Shown: positions 27,431 to 40,721 of the stretch, piece after piece | How the letters are laid out: each line of letters begins with the position of its first letter | Numbering within the stretch: the stretch's first letter is position 1 | Source of the DNA: the human T2T-CHM13v2.0 reference genome, Homo sapiens | Direction: 5' to 3' (one strand) | Assembly (NCBI RefSeq): GCF_009914755.1 | Contig: NC_060930.1 | Length of the DNA: 64,000 nucleotides | The notes under the pieces: generated by a model | The model's database searches: none | What the model was told of the DNA's origin: nothing | What the model saw: the letters and a program-made list of their open reading frames with translations, nothing else | Translations under genes and position numbers: made by a program

Positions 27431-28494
27431 CCATGAACGCAGTGGGATGCAATGATTGTAAAGTGTGTGACGTAAGCGCAATTGTTACAGAGAATACCAC
27501 TTTTCATATCTTGTCTACAAATATAGTCTTCCCAGATACGGAATAGTAATGTAGCTTATCCCTTATTAGTATTATTAATATTAAATGTAAATAAGAATAC
27601 CTACACTATTTTCAAATAAGCATTTTGGATGATTCACTTAACAACCTTGCATATGTTTTAAAAGCTCCCATTTTACAGATGAGAAAACTGAGTAAATGGG
27701 AGTTTAAGTCACTCTCCCTCACATTCCCTCCATTAAATCCCGAGTCCAACAATCCAGTGCCAGCCTTGCACCTGTGAATATTTATGCGGGGGCTGCAGAG
27801 CGGCCACTTCCTCCATCTGGCAGGACTGTTTTCTGGGAGCTTAGAGAAGCTGAATCATACAGTGAGACAATTTGGTGGAGGCTGGAACAAGGCTTAACTA
27901 GAGGCCATCTGCTACAAAGGACTAGAAAGCAAGGAATGGCTCTTAGAGGAATCTGTTTAAGCTGATAGACAGGATTTGGGGAGAAATTCTTGAAATAAAT
28001 ACTGAGAGGAAACCAAACAAGGATTGCATCTCAAGTTGGTGCTCAGGTATCCGTGGAGAGCGCACAGGAGAGTCTCACCTGCAGGGCCAGTAAAGAGGAC
28101 TCAGAAACTTCATGGGTCAGGTTGCGGCCCGACTGGCCTGACAGTCAACGAGGTGGAAACCGTGACAAATTCAGACGCCAGGGCTTTATCCAGTTGGGTA
28201 AGAAATGACCAAGTTCCTTACACTTGTTCACTTTGAAAAGGCACCACCAAGTAGAGAGGTGCCAGAGAGAAGAAAAAAATAGAGGTAACTTTGATGCTAA
28301 CAGAACGTAGAGTCCCTGTCCATTGGTGGTTTCCCTCGGCTTATTCCACTGCCCACCGCCTGGGGTGACCTAACTCATAATGTTTAAGGGCATGGACTGA
28401 TTGACGCTCACTTGTAAACTCTATGAGGATTTTTCATTTGTTTTGTCTTTTGCTATATAAAATGCTGTCTTGCTTTTACAAATATTTGTTCAAT

Positions 28495-28870
28495 AGACTG
28501 CGGAGTGAGGCAGACCCGTACTTAAATCCCATCTCTGCCACTTACCAGCTGTGATTTTGGACAACTTTGTTCATTTCTCCAAGCCTCAGTTTCTTCATCT
28601 ATAAAATGGGGACAGTAATGTTACCTGCCTGTTGATTTCAAGGATTAAATACTGAAACTGTAATAAGCTGGAGACAGTTTGTGCTCACTTCAAGAGCCAG
28701 TGGTTAAACTGTTGGCAGCTTGGAATTGGCAATGGTGGAAGAATTTACACAACAGAAGTTGGCAAATAAGCATCTTTGCTTTGTCCCACAGAACTGGTTG
28801 TTCACCATTTCCCAGAAGACTTCTGAACATTAGGCACTGGAACACAGCACCTGGCACCCAGACCTCCACA
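28495..28870 (+). mobile_element. MIR split by MER63
   Basis: Strong core aagcctcagtttcttcatctataaaatgggga. The MIR tail resumes at ~28826. Confidence 0.85.
28658..28825 (+). mobile_element. MER63-like hAT MITE
   Basis: ttggcagcttggaattggcaatggtggaagaatttacacaacagaagttggcaaa resembles MER63A. Confidence 0.7.
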
Positions 28871-29176
28871 AGGGCTAGATCCTGATATTTAACACACAAG
28901 ATGGCGAGGGAGGGGTGCCTTCCTGGATAAATAGCTTGAATGGGTTGATAAGAAAGCAATTGTGTGTGAAACTGCAGTTAGCATATGCTCATTGAAAGGG
29001 AGAACATGCTAAAAGTCCCAGAACTGAACTCTTGGCAGAGATGAAGCTGGTCAAAGGAGAAATTTGAGGATGTTCAGAGTTAACAGGTGTCTGTTCAGTC
29101 TTTGTTGACCTGGATGCTAATACTTCGACTGTTTTGGCACAAGATCCCTGCCTTTTTAAAATTTATTTTCTACTAG

Positions 29177-29489
<313 letters not shown>

Positions 29490-31306
29490 TGCACTTTTGA
29501 TTATTTGCATTGCAAACCACCTTGAATAACTAAAGCTATGAGCAGACATCACTACAGACATTCTTCTCATGGATCTTATGAATGCTGAGTAGCCTATATT
29601 AGATTAATTTATTCAAATGCTTACACCATCAATGCCACTTTTTTGTTAACATCTTCAGGTTGATGTCTAATGGAAGGCCTTTCTTCACACAATCTATTTA
29701 TACTACAATTTGCTTCCAGTAAGTTTCTCTAATTAATGTGGGATTATTATAATGACTACTTCCTAGTACCCATGGGAAAGAAACTATATTTATTATGACC
29801 ATATGTCCCAGATTTTCTAAGAAGGTTCCAATTTTATAAAATTTTATTCATTTCAATTAAGGAGATTCATTATATGTCAAATAATCATTATCTAATTTTA
29901 TGCCCCTTAAAGACTCGAATATGAATGAGTTTACATATTATAAAAATAGTATAGTTTCTTAATGCAAAAAGGAAATTAAAAAATCATACAAAGGTAAAAC
30001 AATTAAATCACATCTGGTCATAAATCTAATAACTCCCATTTATTAAAAAGAAGAAAATTACCCAATATTAAAACTGTCTTGGATGATTCAGGACATGTGG
30101 TCACCATACATGGTCTTGGGCAGATGGTGATGGATGGTAATCAATGTGCAGTATATTCATGGAAGAACTACTGTGTAACAATGCCCACAGGATTAAGTTT
30201 GATAATCCAGACAGAAAAAGAGCTAAAGCAAATTATTACATGGTTATTCAATTTTAGAAAAGTCAAACTATGTAACTTTTTCATTACAGGAAAGAACCCC
30301 CAAAGGATTAATTCTAAAATATGTAAATAATCTACAGGAAATGTGGAGACTGATTAAGAAATCCCCCCCCCCCTTTTTTTTTTCTCTTCTAAGGACAGAA
30401 AGGCAGTGAATTCAGAAAACAAAAAGTTGCATATGACTAACTGGATCAAGAACAGAGGCCGTCATGAGTGGGCAATGGTGCTTTCCACAAAAGGAAGATG
30501 GTCTAAGCAAAGAGAAAACAAACATGAAGGAAATATAGTGCGTTCTTTAGGTTGAGGGGGAGGAAATTAACATGATTTTGAGCACAGTTATGTTTCAAAG
30601 ACTGCACTAGGGGCTTTAGATCTATTTTAAAATTTTGATTCTCAACAGTTACTGTTGTCTATACTGAACCCAGAATTTGAATGTAGGTCTATCAGATTTC
30701 AAAGCCCTCTCTTTTCAGGATGCCAAACTGACTCCCAGCCACTTGTTGGGCCTCTGGGGCCTCTGCTAAATGCCAGGTTCTTCACAGGCAAGTTCGCAGT
30801 CCCAGAAAAACAATTACAGTATTTTTTTTAGACAAGTGTGTTTCATTTATAATATAATATCCCTGTTTTAATTTACGAAAGTTCTTTTCTGTTATCTGAA
30901 TGTTCCATTATAAGATTTTTCATTTTTATGATAAAATCAATACAACATATGAAGGCAAAATTAAAAAGAAGATAGCAGAGAAAGATGAAACAAATTAATC
31001 ACATTTGCTTTAGAGTGGTCCTTTTAGCTGGCTGATCTCAATGCTTAATTTAAACCTAGTTTAATAATTTTGACCCAAACTGTGATTCCAAAGAATTAGC
31101 TGGGGAGCTTGATATCACTGCAGTTTTGTAAGCCTGGTAACTACAGGTTTCACGGTGGTGACTCTGGAGTGTGGCTTGCAAGCCCGTGCTTACACAAGTT
31201 CCCCTGTTCATCTGCCTTAGTCTTAACTCTCTCATCTACAAAATATAAATGAAAAAACAAATCAGACGAGGTTGTTGTGATCCATGAGATGATGGATCTA
31301 AAGCAT

Positions 31307-31667
31307 TGATATGGTTTGGCTGTGTCCCCACCCAAATCTCATCTTGAATTGCTCCCATAATTCCCTCGTGTTGTGGGAGGGACCCAGTGGGAGATAATTG
31401 AATCATGGAGGCAGTTTCCCCCACACTGTTCTCCTGGTAGTGAGTAAGTCTCGCAAGATCCGATAGTTTTATAAGGGGAAACCCCTTTTGCTTGGCTCTC
31501 ATCTTTTCTCTTGTCTGCTGCCATGTGAGACGTTCCTTTCACCTTCTGCCATGATTGTGAGGCCTCCCCAGCCACGTGGAACTGTGAGTCCATTAAACCT
31601 CTTTCTTTTGTAAATTGCCCAGTCTGGGGTATGTCTTTAATCAGCAGCATGAAAACAGACTAATACA
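31307..31667 (+). mobile_element. THE1B-like MaLR solo LTR inserted in a MIR
   Basis: tgatatggtttggc...actaataca termini. TSD agcat/agcac. Confidence 0.93.
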
Positions 31668-32669
31668 AGCACTTTGGAGGTATTTGGCATACAATATGGG
31701 CAACTGTTAGTTGAAGGTACCTTACTTTTTTAAACATGCATCTTTCTTGGCTTTGTGGAAATAGGCCCCTTTTTTGTGTAATTTGTAGTGATAATGCTAT
31801 CTTCGTCCTTCCAAATCTTTATGTGTCTTGTGTTTTTATTTCTTGAGACCAGTCTCTTTATAAGGCCAGGATGAGCCTCACTTACTCTCGAGCAAGCTGC
31901 ATGCTGCTTAGGCAATGCTGTGAAGTGAGGAAAACACAGTTTCTGTCCTCAGATGACTTGCTACAAACCCATGGCCTTGGTGAGTGAAAGTCGGGTCAAA
32001 ATGAATCACCGGTGTTAATGAGCCTCCTTGGCAGAAGCCACAGGCAGAAACAGTGCTCTCCCCAGGATTCTGTGGGATCATTTGCCTTTTGTCCTGGGTG
32101 TCAGCCCCAAGTCCTTGTGCCAGAGCTCCGATGAGGGAATCCTTGCTTGGGGCCGTGCATCCTGACACTAACATCCCAGGCGGGTGAGCCCCCGAGGCGG
32201 TTGCAGGGATTTGTTCACCTGAAGCTACAGTTAGCTGGTTCTCTCTCTTCTTGAGACTGAAAACAGAATGATCTCCTCTTTTTAAATTTAAATTTTATTA
32301 AACAACACGTGTATGTAGTTTAAAAAGTCAAATAAGACTAAAACATTTAAAATGCAGAAGACAACATTCCTTTGACTTTTTCCTTCCGCTGACCAAAGCC
32401 CCCACTTGTACTATTTTAGATAATTCTTTCGGTATTTACCTCCACATTCTAAATATTATACAACTCTTTTTATTTTTTTTTAAATGATAATATTTTGACT
32501 TTATGGAAATGAAAGATAAACATTTAGCTCTGGCAGAGCTCTCCTGACCCTCTCCAACTCTCCCTTTCCCCATCCTCTTTGTAGATTTAGATCACGATTT
32601 TTGAAAGTCAGTGTTTACACTAATGTGATTTGTTCACAGATGATGACAGTTCTGCTCTTGTGCAACATT

Positions 32670-32925
32670 TGTAGACACAGGGGCACCATGTGATGACCAA
32701 GGCAGAGATTTCAGTGAAGCAGCTGCAAGCCAAGGATTGCCAGCCACCTGTAGAAGGTGGTAGAGGCAGGAAGCGTCCTCTTGCACAGGCTTTGGAAGGA
32801 GCGTGACCCTGGCGATGCCTTGTTTGTGGACTTGTGGCCTCTAGAACTGTGGGAGGATACATTTCTGTTATTTTAAGTCACCCAGTTTGTGGCTATTGGT
32901 TGCAGCAGCACTGGGAAAGTAATGT
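32670..32925 (+). mobile_element. MLT1C/D-like LTR, 3' part
   Basis: gcagctgcaagccaagga...gcctctagaactgtg...ttaagtcacccagtttgtgg. Confidence 0.85.
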
Positions 32926-33615
32926 GGTCCCATCGATTCTACTTTAATTTCTCTCCATATTGATCCCTTTACAATCCAAGTGTAATGGTCTTTGTTAAGG
33001 CCCTATTATGTCTTACCTGGATTACTGCAATGGAAATTTTCTTATTTATTCTGGAGTTGGTCCTGCCGTATCTTCCCGCTTGGATATATGACTCTCTCCG
33101 TTCATCTATCTTGTGAACTGCTCTGGCTCTCTCATTATTGTTTTAGTGTTCTTGACATCGGTCCATTTTCTGTTGCCAGCTCTCCCCAGTGGCTACGTTC
33201 AACAGCGTTTGTGGATATAGCTGATTACTAGACAGTAACCGTGATGGGACACCATCAGGCTCCCTGGGTTTCACCATTACTATTGGAAACCAAAGGTTTT
33301 GGATTAGTGATGCTTAGTTCTTTCTCATTCTGACTCCTTAAGACTCTGCTATCTTAAGCGTGCCCTGCTGCCACCATTGGCACTGCCTGTGTCCGTGGGC
33401 CACATCTATCTCAGTTGAAGCAGTTGTGAAGGAGCCAGACAGAGCCAGGGGGAGTGTCAGGGGCTGGAGTGAGGACCTGGCAATGCTGGACATGCTGCCT
33501 TACCTGCAAAAGGAAGAGACTTAAACCTTGTGATCTCTCCACATCTTCCAAGCTCCAGCCTCAGATGGGAGATGTCGGCACATGAGGTTGGAAACCATCG
33601 CCAGCGTTGCCTGAG

Positions 33616-33686
33616 GCCCTGTCCCGACGCATGCCCTGTGCTGATGCCCTGTCCCGACACATGCCCTGTCCCGACGCATGCCCTGT
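33616..33686 (+). repeat. 17-bp minisatellite gccctgtcccgac(g/a)cat, about 4.4 copies
   Basis: Units at 33616, 33633 (13-bp variant), 33646, 33663 and a partial at 33680. Confidence 0.93.
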
Positions 33687-34049
33687 TCCATTTAATGCAA
33701 CAATCATCCCACTGGACTGGAGGTTGGCAACTAGGGTAAGCTTGCTGAATTTGCTTTGTGGGTAAGAGTAGCTCCTTTGGGGCAGCAAAAATGCCTGTCA
33801 TTTACATAATAGGAAAGATATATTTTTAAGCTTTTTGTCTAAATTAAATAATGACGGTGATAGTCAACACTAACTGAGTAATTACTATGTACTGAATAGT
33901 GTGCTGCGGGAATTGCTTGCCTTTCCTCAAGTTAATGCTTATCAGGATTGACAAATTCATTCTGCACATATTCCAGACCCCTCTTTTTAGACATGAGGAA
34001 TACACAAGCAAATAGATAACATGAATTCTCTGATCTCCTGCAGCATTGT

Positions 34050-34200
34050 AATTATTATCTCCACTTTACAGATGAGCAAACTAAGGTTTAGCAAGCTTAA
34101 ATGACTTGCCTAAGATCATGCAACCAGTAAACAACAAGAGACAGGAACAAACTCATTTCTCTCTTACTCTAAAACTCATGCTTTTGACACTAGGCCATGA
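34050..34200 (-). mobile_element. MIR
   Basis: ccactttacagatgagcaaactaagg...tgacttgcctaagatca. Confidence 0.85.
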
Positions 34201-34635
34201 ATGTATGTGCATTATCACAAAGCAAGGAACAAGATCTGGAAGTCCATAGAGGCATCTAATCGCTAAGCAAGAGTTTCAAGCGCCCAGTTTCTTTATTCTA
34301 CAGAGAAATTGCCAAAATGTTTGTGTACAGATTGTAGACATGACTAGCTAATATTAGTGATCAATATTTATAGGTGACTTTCCAATATAGGAGGCAGGGT
34401 TATTAGTATTTAGGGGAGGGAGAATTTGCCAGTGCTCTCTGCAGATTTAGTTCCTGGTCAGTCAAGTAGGACAGACGGTTAGAGGACACAGCACTTGCTT
34501 TTGAATCCGTGGCTGAGTACTGGAGGAAAAACAGGAATTGCTTTATGGGTCAGGGCAATAATGTCTTGAAATTGCTGGACGTAACCATTATTACGCTTGC
34601 TTGTTTCCCCAAAATAAGACATAGAAAGAAGTCTG

Positions 34636-34978
34636 GGCCGGGCGTGGTGGCTCACGCTTGTAATCCTAGCACTTTGGGAGGCTGAGGCGAACAGGTCACT
34701 TGGGGTCAGGAGTTCGAGACCAGCCTGACCAACGTGGTGAAACCCCATCTCTACTAAAAATACAAAAATTAGCTGGTTGCGGTGGTGTGTGCCTGTAATC
34801 CCAGCTACTCAGGAGGCTGAGGCAGGAGAATCCCTTGAACCCAGGAGGCGGAGGTTGTAGTGAGCGGAGATCTTGACATTACACTCCAGCCTGGATGATG
34901 GAATGAGACTGTGTCTCAAAAAGCAAAAACAAAAACAAAACAAAAACAAAAACAAACAAAAAGAAAAGAAAAGAAAAA
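34636..34978 (+). mobile_element. AluS with compound (AAAAAC/AAAAG) tail
   Basis: Full Alu. TSD agaaagaagtctg / agaaagtagactg (11 of 13 match). Confidence 0.94.
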
Positions 34979-35865
34979 AGAAAGTAGACTGAATAGACAT
35001 TACTCCTTTTTATTTTTTGATAACAAGTTTACACTGGAAATAACAATAGTTACCTTTTTTTTTTTTGGATAACCTTAATTTGTCCTCATTTGAAGCATTA
35101 AAATTTATGAAAAGCCTTTTAGTCTAACTATGCAGTCGCCATCTCTTCAACTTCTCACCCCCACCTCCACAAGGGAAAATTCATCTTGCAAAGCTTTTCG
35201 AGGAGCGTATATTTCATGTGAATATGCCTTTCCCATTTCGTATGCCTTCCCCCGTAGTTTTACATGACTTCTTTTGGCCACTGTTTCATTAATAGCATTA
35301 GGATTTTTATTTTCCTGATCTGAGGGCAGGAGAATTGGACCCATTCTATCTGGTAATTCATCAAACAGTTTCTCTACCACAAAGAACATTTTTTCTTCCC
35401 TCTCTCTGGGTTTCTGGCAGCTCATCTCACCCTGCCAGGGGGAGATTGAACACTTTACTCTTTTGAAGAGTTCACATCAGAAGATTTCACCACATGCCTC
35501 TAAGATTTCACCTCATGAGAAATTCCCCTTCAAATCTGTGGTTTTGCCTCTTCCCAGGACCTTTTGAATTCCGTAATGGCGTCATGTGCTGGCTGTGCAG
35601 TTTGCCCCCTTTGAAGCATTTACAGATGCTTTTAGGAGTCTCTTTAGAAAGAAAATGGTTGGTGGTCATGGTGGGGGAGGGGTTGGAAATCCCTCAGCAG
35701 CCAGAAGATGGTCTCTGAATAATTCAGGACACACCGCGGGGCACTGCTAATACCAGCTCTCCCAGGGCCGGGGTAAATATTAACACTCTTATTTCTGGTC
35801 TCTGGGGAAAATAACAGTAATAGAAGAGGGTGTCTCTTGGCCACACGTGATTTCAAGTGGGTTAG

Positions 35866-36050
35866 GCTTTCTCGAAACTCTGGCTGTACATCAGCCTTTC
35901 CTGGGGGAATTTAAACCAAGCCCAATGTCCAGGCCCCTCACCAGGCCTGTGGAATGAGAGGTCCTGGTAGTGGGACCAGGTATGGTCGTCTTAGAAGTTT
36001 TGCAGCCGGCTCCGATGCACACCCGGCGCTGAGAAGCTGAGAGCCGCTGC
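35866..36050. mobile_element. MER5A-like MITE
   Basis: tttctcgaaactctggctgtacatcag...tgagagccgctg, typical MER5 termini. Confidence 0.6.
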
Positions 36051-36520
36051 TGCAGGCCTGTGCCCAGGCTGGGTCACGCTACGGAGGAGAAGATTTTGGA
36101 AAGAAGTAGAAGTCCTCACGGGCAACTCCCTGCCATCCACACCAACCTCCCCTTCTTGTTCTCTCCTTCTCATCTTAAACTTTCGAGAGGAAGAAGGGTT
36201 GGTCAAGGGTGAACGTTCCTGGGCATGGTGAGAGGCTGCTCTGTGGTGCCCACTCACACTGAGAGGGACCAGCTGGGGACGCCTGATGGTGCCACTGAGG
36301 CTTTGGGGTCCCCTTTCAGAGGGGGGCATCTTAACGCGAGTCTTACGGTCTTTCCTGGGTTCCCATGCTCGGCGGCGGCTCCTCCACAGGCCTGTCTTCC
36401 CTTTGTTCTGGAGAATGTTCTGCCTGGGCGGAGCATTCGGTGCGGTTACGTGGGTGCGGTTCTCCAGGGAGAGCGCGGGGGTCTCTTCAGGGTAATGCCA
36501 ACCTCACCGCCAAATGCAGC
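35990..36520. promoter_or_regulatory. CpG-enriched block; candidate regulatory element
   Basis: Elevated non-Alu CpG and GC content. Function is inferred. Confidence 0.35.
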
Positions 36521-37174
36521 TACCTAGCACTTGTGTTTACCTTGGGGAAGCTGCAGTGCTCAGACTCCTCTGCCTGAGATGCAAAAAAAGCATGTTCTGA
36601 AAAGAGGAGGAAAAGCCTGGAGAAATGAGGGAGAAAAGTAATATTTCCTACTTTGCTGAGCTGGCACTTAAGTGAAATAAAGGAAACATTTTAAAATAAA
36701 AAATCAGGCAGTTTGTGTATTTGGTCACCTCGATTTGACTGTTTAGCTCATGTTTGTTGATCTCTAGATGTTTGTGTCAATTCTGCATAGATTAGTTAAA
36801 ATCTTCACTAGAGAGCTTCACAAGGCCAGGGAAGAAGGCTGCTGGGGGCTGCCACGCACCGGGGCCTCCTTGTCAGCCTCTTTTTCGGCAAAAAAAAAAA
36901 AAAAAAAAAGAAAAAAAGTATCCTTGCCGAAAAAAGTATACCACGGCAAAATGTTGTAGTTAAGCACAGGCATTGATGAAAAATTAATCCTTAATGTTTT
37001 CTTATTATAAAAGTGACATATGTTGTAGAAAAGTTAGCAAATATTGATAATCCAAATTGATGCCACCCTTTGGTTAAAAATACCTGTGGATTTTGTTTCT
37101 CTCCCCACCTACTCACCCTTGCCACAAAAATGGAACTGTTGCATCATGGCCCCACTGCTTTGTAACCTGCTTTT

Positions 37175-37196
37175 TGTGTGTGTGTGTGTGTGTGTG
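37175..37196 (+). repeat. (TG)11 microsatellite inside an old antisense L1M 3' end (~36960-37940)
   Basis: Counted directly from the sequence. Confidence 0.95.
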
Positions 37197-37419
37197 CTAA
37201 AAAGTGCATATATTTTTATTTAATATTATTTTGAAGATTGAATCACATCCCATAAAATTGATGTACTATAATTCATTTACGTGATCCTTAAGTTTGGACA
37301 TAAAGTTTAGACGTTTAGGTGTTTTATTTTTTTAATTTTTTATGTTTTTTACTTTTTTCCCTGACTTCATTTGTAATGTTCTGCGATGAACATACCTTAA
37401 CTAAATATCTGGGCCCATC

Positions 37420-37624
37420 CAATGGTGTACTGGAGATGGTTCGTGAAGCTCCAGGGAAAAAGAAAATGAATTCCCCATTGCTGTGGGTCCCGATTTTCTG
37501 TGGTGCACTTTCTTCCACTGTGGTCAGTTGAAACACCAGTGTGAAGGCCCTGAAGGTGGGGCTGGGAAGGGGTGAACATATCAGCTCTTGCAAGCCAGGA
37601 TAAGCTGGCGCCTGAGTACAGCTG
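37420..37624 (-). mobile_element. MER63A-like hAT MITE
   Basis: caatggtgtactgg...agtacagctg termini. 8-bp TSD ggcccatc/ggaccacc (6 of 8 match). Confidence 0.7.
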
Positions 37625-37706
37625 GGACCACCCATGCTAATGTTTTAGGATAAATTCCTAAAAGCGGAATTTCTGGGTCTAAGGGTATGAACATTGTCAC
37701 ATATTT

Positions 37707-37812
37707 TGTTTTGTTTTGTTTTGTTTTTTGAGATGGAGTTTGGCTCAGGTGATCGGCCCGCCTTGGCCTCCCAAAATGCTGGGATGACAGGTGTGAGTCA
37801 TTGCGCCCCGCC
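37707..37812 (-). mobile_element. Internally deleted AluS (~106 bp)
   Basis: Alu 5' ~70 nt joined to the last ~14 nt plus tail. Perfect 15-bp TSD cattgtcacatattt at 37692-37706 and 37813-37827. Confidence 0.92.
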
Positions 37813-40341
37813 CATTGTCACATATTTCGTAGGTGTTGTCTAGTTGCCTTTCAGAAATATCAAAATCTATATTCCCATCAGGAGCCTATAAGGATGTTCT
37901 CAAGTGTGTAATTTGTCCTGAGATGGAACAGACTGCCTCTCCAGGCCACGAGAGCGCCATCTGTGGAGGTCTTCTCACTTAAGCCTGACGACCAACCGCT
38001 TGGCAGTGCATTCCAATATGAAAGCGGTGGTTGGAATCTTCTAGGTGCCTCTTTCAGCTCTGAGATGTTAGGAGAAGTTAAACAAAAAAACAACAAATGA
38101 GATGCCAGAAGGTAACTCATGATAAATGCCAGACATCAAGTGCTGTAAAGGTTCAGAGCAAGAAGAAATTGGTGCGTGGGAACCTGGCTAGGAATTCCTT
38201 CCAAAAGGAAGAGAAGGTATTAGCTGGCGTTGGGGTTACTGTGTCTTTATCCATTCCCTTCCCATCACAGAAGCCTGGATTCTTTACATCAGCAACAGAC
38301 TGGATGGAGGCAGGAGGCAGTGCGGACCAGAGAGAGGAGTTGTTGCCCGCAGGGTGCCCTTTGAAGACTGCCTTTGCCACCATCTGCAGCGCGTGGGGCA
38401 AGGTAATTCTCCAGAATGAAATCCCTGCCTGTGTTTCTGGCCAGTTTTTCTCAGTCAGCCCCCACCCGACTACTTTCCCTGCTGCCTCTCTCTTTCATAT
38501 TAAGACTTTAAACATCCAGATTGTAATTCATCTTTCCACCGTTGCACACAGCACCGGTCTGATGGACAGAAGTGTGTGGTCCCAATTAGATCTGCAGCTC
38601 TGATTCCCTGCCTGGGATTAGACTTTTGTGCAATTTGCTTGAGTTTGGACAACTCAAATATCAGATAACATTAAGGTTTACATTCTCTGTAGAAACCTGT
38701 CCCAGGAATTCGTTGATGTTTGCAGCATCCGATTACTCTATAGCCAGAGAAGGCCAAGAGTAGAACCTTCTATTTTTCTTGTTGACCTTTGAAAAGTATC
38801 ATCCTGTGACTTCCTCTGTAAAGCCCATGACCTTCAAGCATCTAAATCTTCAACTTTTCCAAAAATTATGCTGCTTTTTTCCCAATGTTTTCTTTAACAG
38901 ATATTAGAATGGCATCAGTGTTTGCTTTCACTAAGAGGAAGCGGAGTCCTGGGAGAAAGAGCCGCAGCCTGTGATTGCACAGCCTTCCCTTGATGGTACC
39001 TTTACCCTGGCATGTGAGCTATCAGCCGACTGGGGATGCTTTCAAATGAGACAGGAAACAGTTTAGGGTAAGAAATGCTTTTAAAAAATCATTCTCACGC
39101 CAGATGAAATCTCAGATCTTGCAATTTTGTTTGTTTTCTCCCTTCTCAGCTGTTTCCCTTTGAAGTCAAAGACTGCTATTTCTTTGTGTGAGTGCAGCTG
39201 TGACTAGTCGATCATGGTTTATTTTAAGACAAGAAAAGAAGTGGAGCAAAGAAATACCGATTGTTATTTGTCATCCATTAGCAAAATTCAGATGCACCCA
39301 GTCTTGTTCAAATATGCAGATGCAGGTTCCCTACATCGAGACGTTCAGGCTCGGGGTGCCATGCCCAGATGAATGGGGCAGCTTGGAGGCTTCTTGTCAG
39401 CCCTTGCTCAGGTCTTCTGACAGCAATGCAGGACGGGAGTTGGCCATTATCTTTTCTTATCCATGTTCATTGTCCCTGCCTGAGTTCAAGGCTTTATTCT
39501 TTTGGGTCTGAATGATTGTGGTTGCTTCCTGATAAGTTTTCTCTAGAACCGTATCTCTGGCCAACCATTTCTGCCCATACCATACCCAGACAAACTCTGA
39601 AGAGTCATATAAATTATACCACTTATGTGTCTCAAATCTTCAGTGGCTCTCTATTTCCAAGGGGTAAATTCTGAGTCCATTACTTACCATTTACAGTGTT
39701 CCTTAGTTAACCACTGTCTTTATTTCCAGCCTTATCTCCCACTTCTCTTTCTGGATCAATCGCTGCCACTAAAATAGTGTGCTCCCAGCTCAACATCATG
39801 TTGCCAAGAGCTAGAGCAAAGCCCATGTCCACCACGGAGTCTGTGTTGGGTTGACACCCATGGGAACACTTTTCCTGCCCTGAATTAGATCTTTTCTCGT
39901 TTCTATCATGTATAGATTTTTAGAATCGATGGGGATTTTAGCTATTTTTGTCCAATTGTCCAGCTTTACAGATGAGAGAACTAATGTTGGGAGGAAGTGA
40001 ATTACTCAAAGCAACTGATAATGATGCTGCCGTTTATTGGCTGCTTTTGTATATGCCTGGCAAAGTGCTAAAAACACCTCGCTGAATTACCTCAGCATCC
40101 TTATGCTATTAACAAGGAACTTCGGGCACAAAGAGGTTAAGTCACTAGCTGCCGTTTACCAGGATGGTAAGAACCAGAGCCAAGAGTCACGCCTCAGTGG
40201 CCTGATGTCACTCACAGCCGTTTCTCTGCACTCCACCTACCCATGAGCCTTGTCATATGTTATTTTGTTCCATTCGTGGATGTTTCTTATTTACCCAACT
40301 ATATTTGTAAGCTTCTGGATGGCAGAGACCTTACCCTATAA

Positions 40342-40721
<380 letters not shown>

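Noticed and set aside
38097-38603. 168-aa ORF in unique sequence
   Set aside because: No recognisable domain or exon structure. The length is compatible with chance in 64 kb.
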